From NCBI GenBank assembly GCA_001643675.2, contig LSRY02000010.1, positions 248,001 to 312,000 of the forward strand: 64,000 nt of DNA. Reading direction: 5' to 3'. The notes under the pieces are model-generated. The model was not told the origin of the DNA. It saw nothing but the letters and a program-made list of their open reading frames with translations, and made no database searches. The DNA is from Monocercomonoides exilis PA203. Taxonomy: Eukaryota; Protista; Preaxostyla. Of this stretch, positions 46,027 to 58,100 are shown piece after piece. The stretch's first letter is position 1. Each line of letters opens with the position of its first letter. The translations under genes and the position numbers were made by a program.

Positions 46027-49000
46027 TATAAATAGAGCGTGCAGAACTCTCAGATGAGCATTGATTGATAATTTCAATAAATCATATATCAATTGAAAAT
46101 TTTGCATTCTCCTGCTTCGATCACTTTCTGCATTGATTTGTCAAATTGTTGATTGGCCCTCGTTTTTTTGTAATTTTTCGAATGAATTGGAAGGGAGAGA
46201 AGAAGAAATTGAAATAAAAAAAGTGGTCTTTAAGAAGAAGAGTTTTGAATTGTCCATTCTTCGGAAATGTGATAAATCCATGAACGCTGTTGAACTGATG
46301 TTTTTGGCCTTCAACTGGAAATCTCAAAAATGGCAGATAAAAATCGCACTTCCTATAATTGAACAGTCAAATTCGGGAAGTCAAAAAGGTTTGGTTTTTA
46401 ATGAAAATATGAAGTTGACGTATGCAAAATTGCAAAATAAATCGATACAAACATTTCTCCAAGAAAATGAAGTGAGTTGCCACGATAGATAGTTTATGGG
46501 GAAAATGTTTTCGTGCTATTTTTGCTTGTAGAAAACAAATATTCAAAAATAACTCAAGTGAATGGAATTATGAACTTCAAGCCAACTTCTCGTTTTCCAT
46601 TCTTTTTGCATTATTTCCAGTGTCGTTCAGAAGAAAAAACTTCCTTTCATAAAATCGTATTTCCATTTGTTTTTAATATGTTTGTGCGAAACTGTCGATT
46701 GAATAAATGAAGCATTGGAATTCTGAATATTAACAAATGCTTGCAGCTTTACTATTACATAATATCATATATATTCCTTTTCCAATATAATAACATCATT
46801 TTCATATTGAATCCTTTCGTACTTCCAAGGAAAAAACTAAAAAATGTTCGATCGTTTACATAACATTTTCGAAAAGATCAAAATACAATGTTTTGGTCCG
46901 CAGGAATTGTGCAAAAGACAATGCATTCTGTAACTTCCATGAAACTCTGAGAACAGTTTATAGTTTCAATTGGGAAAGAGCTACTTCTTTATCGCTTTGA
47001 AATGAGCGTGAAAAAAGTGGGTTTTTAACATTTTTTGTATTTTGAATGCGATTGTCTTCATCCACGGAAAAAATGATTATCCTCAGGCTTAAAGGTTATG
47101 TTTCTGTGTGGTGTGTATTTTATTTTATTCATTCTTTGAAAAGAATTTGGTTTTATTGAAATTCAAAAAGCTTTGAAAACTTCTGTTGGATGCTCAAAAA
47201 CATCAAATCGTGATGTTTGCCAACAACAAAATGCGCATGTTTGTTTATTCAAAGGAGATGTTGGCTTTGCAAGATTGAAATCATTTTTGACGACTTCAAA
47301 CACAAAAATTTCTTTGATTCAAGGTTGCAATCTAAATGGAGATGAAAGTTATCGTGACTGGTGAACATATTGGGATAGAGCATTCGGAAAATGTTTGGGC
47401 ATTTAGTTTCACCTCAACGTTGAATTCGACATTTCATCATTGAATTTTGTAATTAAAGGAAAAATTCTTGAAGATTTGTATTTGCCAGCTCTAATTCATT
47501 GGAAGGCATTCAGTCAATCTTGCTGCAAATGGATTTTCTGATTTGCAGTTTGTTCAGAGAATATTTGCATTCTTTTCCATTTCATTGCTGTTCCTGTTAT
47601 CAATCAATTTCTGGAAAAGCAAGTTCATTGACGAAACGCCATTTGATATTCCTTTGAATGAACAAACTGGATTTTGAAAATCAGCATTAATGAGGCAGGG
47701 TGGATCCTTTGCTATCCTTCATCTTCTTTGTGACAGATGCAATCAAAAAAAAGGAGAAGAATTTTCTATGTGTTGTATTGGCTGAATTTTCAATTTTTTT
47801 CATTCATGCAAATGAAAAGTTAATGCCAAAAGAGAACAAAGGAAAAATGGACTTCTCAAGAAAGATGAAGCAGTTGCATGAGATTTGGAAATACCAAATT
47901 CAACATCAAAAGAAGAAAATGGTTTTGGATGGAAAGGTTGTGTTCATTCAATACATGCCTTGGAGAGTCTTATCAATTGGAAAATAAAAAGAGGTATTTT
48001 TTCTTTATGTTTGTGTCTGTCGTTTGAAATCAATTTATTTTATTTTTCATATCTCTTTTTCTGGATTAATTGACTTTTATTTTATATTAGCAGGTAGACA
48101 GATGGAAATGTGCAACATTCAGATTTTGAAAAGATAATCAGCAATTGTAACAAATCAGGAGCTGAAGGGAAATATCTTTTTTGGATTGTTCAAGTTATTT
48201 TAAGACGACTACGAAAGAAGGAAGGAAATGAGGGAAACTGAAATAAAAACCGTTTTCACACTTCAAGGAATTAATCTCTCAGAAAGAGATGAAGTGAGAA
48301 GACAATTTGGTTTGACTTTTTTTATTTCACTGTTTTTGTTAAAAATCCATTTTTTGGAATATGAATTTTGCCAGGAGTTATTCTCTTTCAAATTTGGAGT
48401 TGAATATTTCTATCTGCACAGCATTCCAAAGGATTCATCTTTCATCCACTATCTTTGCATTAACTGTCATTTCTTTTCGTGAAACGAACGGGAACTGTAT
48501 TGACTCACAGGATGAAAGAATTAGATAACAAATTGACAAAACAAAGGACAATCAGACACAACTTTTTTGAAGAAGAAGCAATGAGTCAGAAAATGAAAGA
48601 TTAAAATGAGGTTTGAGATGACAAGCTGAAATGTATTTTTGAAAAATAAAAAAAAATTTGATGATAGAAAAGTGAGAACATGGAACAACCACTTGTTGCA
48701 TTTGCTCTTTTTTATCTCACATCTTTTTTAGAATTTTAGAATTTCTTTCTTTCTCATTGTGACTTTTTGTTGATTATTCATTGATTTTTGAATGAAAAAT
48801 CTATTTGCTTCATTTTTTTTTTTGATCCTTTAATATTAGAATGCAGCAAACAAGAAGATGAAAAAAGAAATGGACCACAACGATTATTGAATTCATTTGC
48901 AGTTGGTATTGGGTATGCTTATTGTTGTTTCTGAGGAGTTCAAAACTGAAAAAATTTTTGTTCAAAGAATTTTAATTATTGATGATTCAAAAAGTTTGTG

Positions 49001-49146
49001 GATATTTTTACAAATTCTTTCGCGAAACATTTATCATTTGCGAATTTTGGATTTGGCAGGAAAAGAGAAGAAAAGATGAATAATTTATTAAAATGACCCA
49101 TAACAGAATAACTAGACTGAGAAAAATAGAATAAAAAGAGAATTGA

Positions 49147-52100
49147 ATGCGAAATCGAGTTTTTATTGTTTTGAGTTTTGTTGCCTCTGCATCCATATTG
49201 CAGTGCAAGTGCGTGCCCTTGGATGCAACAATCGAAGATGCATTCTCGAAGGAGAGAGTGAAAGAAAAGGAAAAGATTCCTGCATGTGAATACTCATTTG
49301 ACCATGGTGAATTTGAGATGAAAACATTTGACACAAAAAATGAGGAAATGTATTGTTCCCTCAAAAATGGATACAGCGAAGGAGCTGATGAAAGAAAAGA
49401 GGTTTTGATGAAAAACAAGGAAAACAAAGCAAAAGTGAAGAGCAATGATCATTTTGATGAGAAATGTGAGGATTGTGCAAATACTGAAAATTTGAAAGTG
49501 AGTGGAAAGGGGAATGAATTTTTTAGAAGTGAGATGAAAGGATGTGTGGTTTTGAAGAATTCGTCAGTGCTTTTGAGAGGATTGAGGATGGGCTGTGGAG
49601 ATGGAAAAGGCATTGCCTGTGCTTGGAGCGAAAGTGAGATTGCGATGGATGGATGTGGGGTGATTGTGGAAAGTGGTATTTCGCCATTGGATTTGAAGGG
49701 AAGCTGTGCAACATTGGTGAATATCTCTCTCAAAACTTCAAAAACTCAATTCCCTCAAATTCCTCCTCTTTTTGCTTCAAATCCAACTGAGGATCGTTTG
49801 CAATGTTTTGGAAGAGTTTCGATTTGTTCATCTCGTTTTTCTTCAATGACACTCTCCTCAGCACCATTTTTGTCATCACCATCCATTGAGAGTGCTGCAC
49901 TTTCGAGGATGGTTTTCTTCAACATTTCGAGTTCTTCATCGTCTCGAGGATCTGTTTCAATATCTTGTTGGGAAAGCTGCACTTTGATAGATGGCTGCTT
50001 GTTTTCATCAGTTTGTGATGTATATGATGGAGGGATTGCCCAATCAATTAATTCGCAACTTTCATCACTGTCTGCGTCAAACACTTCTTTTGTTGGGTGT
50101 TGTCGGACAAGAAATGTTGAATTCCTTGGAAGCGAAGATAACAAGAAATCCCCAGGAAGGCAGAATTTAACAGACAATGGAGCAAACACATTCACTTGGT
50201 GCGAATGGAATGGCTCAAGAACAACTGGAACAACTTATTCTTTCACTGATAGTGCATCAAATGGCGGAGCTATTTTCATGTGTAGTCGGCCAATGGGAAT
50301 GCTTTCAGTGAAATTTTGTTCGTTCAATGTCTGTCTTGCGCACTACACTGGAGGAGGAATAACATGCAATTCAATTGATTCAATTGAGATTGTGAACAGC
50401 AAATTCAATGGTTGTGTTGCAACAAATTACGCTGGAGGAGGGATGTATGTAAATTCAATATTGTCATGCGTCAGGATCAGTGATTGTGAATTCCAGAGAT
50501 GCAAAGCGATTGGTTCAGGAGGTGGACTTAGTATTTCATCTTTCAATGTTTCCGAATCTGGTTGTATTGATTCAGAAAGTGGCAAAGGGGAGAGCTCGTG
50601 CGTGTTTGAGTGCTCATTCACTTCGTGCGTGCTTTCTAGCTCGAGTGGTGGGGGGATGAATTGCCAAAGTGTTCCAGCTGCATTCAAAATGAGGAGCCTT
50701 CAGTTTATTTCGTGCAACGCAATATCAATTGGGGGAGGATTGTATTTTGATTCAAATCAACAAATGGCTCCAAGCAATAATCTTTATTGTTTTTTCTTCT
50801 TTTTCCACGATTGCAGATGCGCAAGTTCTAATTCTTATGGTCATGATATGTATTTTCAAGATTTTTACAATATTTTTTCATCTGCAAATCCATTTTATGA
50901 ATCGTATACAACGAATACCAATGATAAGAGAGTGTATCGCCAATATTACGATGGGAGTTCTGTTGTGTATCAGTTTACAGAAAAGAAGTGGTGGCTGAAG
51001 GAGGGGATGAAGGATAGATTTGTTGGTGTTGGTGGAAGCGACACAAACAATTTGTGTGGAATGGCTGAGTCAGCACCGTGCAAAACGGTGGGACATGCAG
51101 TGGGTGCGAGCCTAACACAGCTGAGTTCGACAATCACAGTGCTGGGTGGGAAGCATGTGAACGAAGGGACAGTAATCAGTGTTGGGGAAAAGAAGATTTC
51201 GATTGTTGGGAAAGGGAAAGAGGTGAGTGTGATTGGAACGAGTGCGCTTTCGACCTCTTCGGCAACGCTGTTCAGCGTGACGAGTGGGCAGCTGGAGATG
51301 GAGCATGTGGGGATCGATCACAACTCAATAAGAAGCTCGTCACCGAATGTGTTTGTGGTGTCTGTTGGGAGCGGGACTCTTTCGCTGGAGGATGTTTTGA
51401 TCAGTTCTTCGATGTCAGGAGGAAGTGTAATATCAGCATCTGTGTTTGAAGTTGCATTGAGGCAGCTGAAGATGGTTGATGTTGAGATTGAAAACATGAA
51501 AATAACACAACCTCTTTTCGCTGAACCATCATCAGCAGGATCGCCATCAGGAGAGAGTTTGCTGGGAAATGTGACAATTCGGAATGTGAATCGGACAGGA
51601 GGAGATGGCGTTGCAATGGCAAAAAACGTGAAGGCGGGAGAGACATTTGTGGTGTGGAATACAACAATAGAAGGATGCGAGTGTTTGGGAGGAAATGGTG
51701 GAGGGATAAAGGTTGAGTTGGTATCTTCGACAAGCAAAGTTCGAATTGGAGATTCAACATCACACAGTGGAGGAACAACAACATTTAATCAATGCAAGAG
51801 CAGTGGGTATGGAGGAGGAGTGATGCTATTTCTGGCAGATGGCTCATTCAACTTTGAGATATCATCTGTGAGTTTTGTTGGTTGCAGTGCAACATTGGGA
51901 GGGAAAGATGTATTTGTGAATGGGAGCAGGTTTGTGAGTGGGACAATAACAACCGCAAAGCTGAATTTCTCACGAAATGTTTCTATTTATGATGAGTTAA
52001 TGGGATATGACCGGAACGAGATAGGGATGGGAAGATTCCCATTGAACGTGTTTTTTGATACATTTTCAGGAGCAGCACATGTGGGGAAAGAGGTGAATGG

Positions 52101-55100
52101 GTGTGGAGGATATGACTCGTGGTTTTGTGGGTTTAGGTATTTTCCATGTTCCACAATCGCGTTTGCTGCTCAAAACAGATTCAGTTCGTCAAAGAAGAAT
52201 ATTGTGTTGGATCCAGGGTTTGAGCTGGGAGAAGTTGTGTCGATGGCGGGGTCATATGAATGGGAGGTGTATTGTGCAACAAACAAGACGAATGTGAATG
52301 TTTGGTTGCCCAGTGGAATGACATCTTCATCTTTGATAAATGTACAGAGTGCGAGTTCAATAAAGAACATTGCGTTTCAAATACCATTTTCATTATCGAG
52401 TGCAACATCACTCATTTGTTTGACCAGTTCATCACTCACACTCACAGGCTGTTCAGTTGCTCATTTGTCAGAGGGCACATCAAGTGTTTCCTTTGGATAC
52501 AGTTTTGTGAATGTGCAGAGTGGGAGTCTGAAAATGGATCGATTTGTGATGGAGGAAGGGCTGGCACTTGTGTTTGGAGCTCACTCAGCGATTGAATTTT
52601 GTGAAGGAATGGCGAGTGTGATTTGTTCAGGATGCAATATCAGTGGAGTCAAAAGGAATGAGGGAGATGGAGGATGGATGAAAGGGACAGTTGGGTCGAG
52701 TGGAACATTGACTGTTGATGGGTGCAATGTGAATGGGTGCGGTTGTGTTGGTGGAAAAGGAGGAGGAATGCATATTAGATTGAAGGGAAATGGGAAAGTG
52801 GTTGTGAATGGGTCGAGTGTGATTGATGGGAATAAGGCAGAGAATAATGGAGGGAGAGGAGGGAGAGGAGGAGGGATGTTTGTGTTGATGGAGAATGGGG
52901 GATGTGGATTGACAATTGGGCAGAATGTTGAATTTTCGAAAGTGAATGGGAATGTGGCAACATATGGGAAGGATGTGTTTGTTGATTGTGGGAGTGGAGT
53001 GCTGTTGGAGTCAAAAGTGAATTCAAACACATTTTCATTTTTTGACACAAGCATAATTCCATCAGATGTATTGAAACTGAGTGGGAGTGAAAATGGGGAT
53101 GAAAATGGAGTGATTCCACTGTTTGTGTATTTGTGCTCAATGGGGACAAAAGTGATTGTTGATGGGAGTGGAGGAAATGGGAAGGACCACAACCATTGTG
53201 GATTTGAGAAATTTGGCTGTTTGACAGTTGATTATTGTGCGAACTCAAGATTGAGTGAAAGTTCAAAAGAAATAGAAATTGTCTCATCTTCGTCAATTGC
53301 CAAGGAAATCACAGTACCATCATTTGGTGTGTTAATTTCAGGCAGAATAGTGTCATCAGATGGAGAGAGGATGGGAGTGAATGTGAGTGATGGAGGATCA
53401 GCCACTCAAGATTGGCTTGTTGGATGTTCGAGTTCATTGACAATGAGCAGACTTTCATTTGTTGTGAAAGGCCAGATGAATCCAAGGAGAAGTGCATTCA
53501 TTCATTCAACATCAACACTCAGTGTGACGAACTGTTCAGTCTCATTTGAAAGTGGTGCATTGATAGATGGAAAGATAGGATACAGCATCATTGACATGGC
53601 AGGAGGGAATCTGATTGTTGATGGATTTGTGATGGAAAGTGGAGTAACACTGACAATGAATGGGAAATCGCCAATATCAATAACAAGTGGAGCTCAATTG
53701 GAGATTTTAAACAGCAGAGTGAGAGGAGTGGAAATAACTGGGGTAGATGGGGGATGTTTGAATGTGGAGATAAAAGAAGGAGGAAGTGTGAAAATTGAAG
53801 GATGCAATTTTTCATCAACATGTTCGGGTGGAAGTGGGATGAAAGGAGGAGGGATGATGATATCAGTGGGGAAGGGAGGGAGTTTGGAAATGAAAAATGT
53901 GAATTTGTCTGAATGTAAAGTGCTATCAAGTGAGGCTGTGAATGGAGGGAGAGGATTGGGAGGAGGGATGTTTGCTGAACTTGCCGATCAAATGGGAAGG
54001 TTTTCATTGGAGAGCATGGCATTTTGTGAGTGTAACGCATGGAAAGGGAAGAATTTATTTGTGGAAGCACAGGATTTATCGGCTGTCATCAACAGCACTT
54101 CAATTGGATTCAATCCAGAAATTCGAATTAATCTCACAGACTTCAATGAACTTTGTGGAAGAGAAAGAAACAATTTGGAGCTGATTGTTCCACTTGTTGT
54201 GTTTCTTCGGACATTTTCATCGCCAGCATACGTGAGTGGGAGAGAACAAGGAAGTGAATTCAAGCTGTGTGGATATGAAGATTATCCATGCAGAACAATT
54301 GGAGAAGCAAGTGAATATCGGTATCCGAGTTCAAAACGAAACATCAGACTGACAAACACATTTTCATTTGATGAAGAAGTGCAGTTGAACAAACAGTCAT
54401 ATGAGATTGATTCGAGCAACAAAGATGTTGGATTGAAAGTTGGAGGAACAGGAACAAAAACACAAGAAGCATTGGTGATGAACAGTGTTTCATCAACATT
54501 GACGGGGATATTATTTGAATTGGGAGAATCGATTTGGGAACATACATCATTTGTTCATTCTTCAGGAGGGACATTGAGATTTGCTGATTGTGGGATAAAG
54601 ATGGGAAATGGAGTGGATGCAGTGAATTTTGTGTTTGTGAGTGGGAGTGGAGGGAAAGTGGAAATTATCCGGATGATATGTGGAGGGAGTGTGGGGGAAG
54701 TGAGATTTGTGGGAAGTGTGATTGTTGTGAATGGGAATTGTGAATGCATGATGGATGAGGTGATAATCAATCAAACAATATCAAATGGAGTGAATGGATT
54801 GATTGAAATTGCCGCAAGCAGCTCAGCCACAATTCAGAATTGCTCGATCGCAAATTGTGATCTGCCGAGTTGTGGAGTAATTCAGGTTGGGAAGTATTCA
54901 TCAATCACCTTGAAGAACACCTCATTTGAGAACATCACGAGAGGGAAAGGAGATGGTGGATGCCTTTGTTTGAGATCGAATGGTGATGGAAGCAAAGACA
55001 CAATGAAAATTGAGAATTGCACATTCAGGATGTGCAAGGTGAATGAGAATGGAAAAGGAGGGGGAGGATTGTCAGTTTCATTGGAAAATCCCTCTGAGCT

Positions 55101-58100
55101 GTATGCGTTATCAACAAGATTTGAAAAGTGTTGTGCTCCATCAACGAGTGGAAGTGAAGGGAAAGGAGGAGGGATATTTCTTTCTCTGGCTGATGCAGAT
55201 GCTAGATTTGAATTATCAGGAGATTTGATATTTGATGGAAATGAGGCAGAATATGGGATGAATGTGTTTATTGAGTCAGGAGATTTGGAGAGGAGTGTGA
55301 CAGGCGAGCACATTAAATTTGTAATTGCACTTTCAGATTTATCAGTTGAAGCGATGGGGATGGATGGGAAGTGGAGGGATGTTGTTATTCCGCTGAAGTT
55401 TTATCTGGCAGAAAAGCTGAATAGGATCAAGATGGGAGATGAAGGGAAGGATGTTGTTGTGTGTGGGTTTGATGAACTGCGATGCAAGACAGTTGGTTAT
55501 GGAGCAAGGAGACTGGAAGGACAAGAAAGATATCTTGAGTTTGGGGAAAGATATGAAATGAAAGAGATTGTTGAGTTGGATGGTGTGGAGGGATATCATT
55601 TTTGTGGGGTGTTGACAAAGACGAATATGGAGATGGTGGGGAATGGATTTGGTGGAGACTGGATGATGGATGTTTCCACATCATCTGCCACATTTGAGAG
55701 GATATGTTTTGTTGTTTTGTGTTCACAGCCATCATCAGTTGCGTTGGCACAAACAAAGATATTTTGTGTTTCAGGCACAAATGGAACGCTGATCATTGAG
55801 AGATGTTCTGTTGAAAGCAAAACAAGAGAGGGAGAGTGCAGCTGTTCTTTTGCGTGTGTTCGAAGTGGGAGACTGTCCATTTTCGATTTCAGCATGAATC
55901 ATGCGAAATTTGGATTGAATCCATTCGTTGTTGTTGATATAAATGGGGAGGGTTCGATTGAGAATGCATTGTTTGAGAGTGTGGAAACAACAAATATGAA
56001 GGGATTGATTGAGTATTCATCATCATCGAGTTCATTGTCGTTTGTGAATGTGACAGCACAAGAATGCGTAATGGGAGGAAAAGGACTGATATTGGATGAT
56101 AATGGAAAGAAGCTGAGGATGAGGAATTGCATGATTATGAAAACTTGCAGTTTGGAGGGAAATGGGAGTGTTGTGAGTGGAGAAGTTGGGGATGGATGTG
56201 CTGTTGAAGTGAATGATGTTGCGATTGAAGAATGTGGAACATTGAAGGGATGTGGAGGGGGGATGGCAGTGATACTGAAGGGAACAGGAGAAATGCGTTT
56301 GGGAAAGAGTGGAGTGGTAACATCGTTTGAGAAATGTTCAGCTGGTAATGAGGGATCAGTTGGGGGATATGGAGGAGGAGTGTTGCTGAGATGCGAAGAA
56401 GGAGGAAGCGACTTTATGATGAGTGAATTGGCATTTGGAACAGGCGAGGGAGCAAACACAGCCGCATATGGAGGAAACAATATGTTTATTGAAGGAACAT
56501 ATTTGCCACAATTGGTGAATAGCGCATCATTCAACTTCTCATTTGAGATTGAAGGAGATGGATTCAACATAAAAGATCTTATGGGAGCAGAAGATGGGAA
56601 TGAGATGAGATTGATTCCCATTGTGGTGTTCTTTCGAGAGAAGCCGAGAGTTGGGTTTGTGAATGGGGGAAATGGAGGGATGGACTATCATAAGTGCGGA
56701 TATGCTGACTTTGCATGCTCCACATTGACATATGCAGGAACAAGTGTTTTTGACACATCACCAACAACACTGAAACTTGTTGATGGAAGTTCAATTTTCG
56801 ATGAACTGACGCTCAACACTCAAGAAATGAACATTGATGGAGATGTTGCAAAGGCAAAGATTGGAATAAGCGAAGGAGGAGAAAATGAATTTTTGATAAA
56901 GAGCGAACGAGCAATATCGTTTTCGTCATTGGCATTTTCGATATCAACATTTGCCGAATCAAGAAAGGAGTATGTATTTCTGTGCAGTTCAAGCACATTG
57001 AGATTTGAAGGATGTTCATTTGGAGCAGAATCACAAGAGATTGGAGTTGGATTGATTTGTGGGAAAGGAGGGAAAGTGGAGTTGGTGAGATGTGAATTTG
57101 GAGATTTTGCAATGACCAAATCAGGGATGGTGACTTTTGATGGAGCAGGAGTTGAGGGGTTGATTGATGAGGTGATTGTGAGGAAAGTTACAAGAGAAAA
57201 TGAGGGAAGAAGCTTATTTGAGCTGAGAAATGGAGATGTTGAGATTAAGAACACTACGATGAATGAATCGAGTTTTGAGAATGGAAATGAGATTGAGATT
57301 GGAGAAGGGATTAATACTAAAATCTGGAACTGTACATTTAAATCAATTCAGAGAGAGAATGGGAATGGAGGGGTGTTGAATGGGAGAGTGGGGAGTGGGA
57401 AGTGTGTGGATATTAACAAATGCGTGTTTGAAGAATGCAAATGCAATTCAGTGAGCGCAATTGGGGGAGGGATTGTTATGATTGTGGGAGATGGAGGAAA
57501 ACTGTTGTTTGATGATAACAAGATGAATGGATGCACAGTTTCAGATAGAAGTGGAAAAGGAGGAGGGATGCATCTGACATTTGAAACAACGAATATTGAA
57601 TACTCTATGAAGAATGATGATTTTGCGAACAATGTGGCAGAAAAAGGAGAAGATGTGTATTTGGCGTGTGGATCACCATGGACGATGCTTCTTCCAGCGT
57701 TTTGGGAAGGGACAGCCACAAGAGTCACAGCAGAAAATAAGATGTGGGTGCTTGAGTCATCTGAACAAAGAAAAGAAGACTCGCTGATCAATTATCTGTT
57801 TCCAAGATTGGGAACGAATTTGTTTGTGAGCAATGCTGGAAACGAATTATCAAGTTGTGGAGTGAAAGAAAATCCTTGCTCGTCTGTTGATATTGGATTT
57901 GATCAGTTGAACGATGAGATAGAGAGGATTGTGCTTGTTGGTGCTGCTTCAGTGAGCAAGACGATCAACAGAAAAGTGAAAGGACTGATAATCGAAGGGA
58001 ATGAAGAAACGAGAGAACTGGTTGTGAAGGAAGGAGGGAAATTTGAATTGACAGAAGGAGATGGGCAAACACATTTGGCTTTGTCACTTCTTCAGATTTC

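Noticed and set aside
46030-49000. Possible upstream exons or decayed gene
   Set aside because: Coding-like patches, but no consistent frame or recognisable domain could be assembled by eye.
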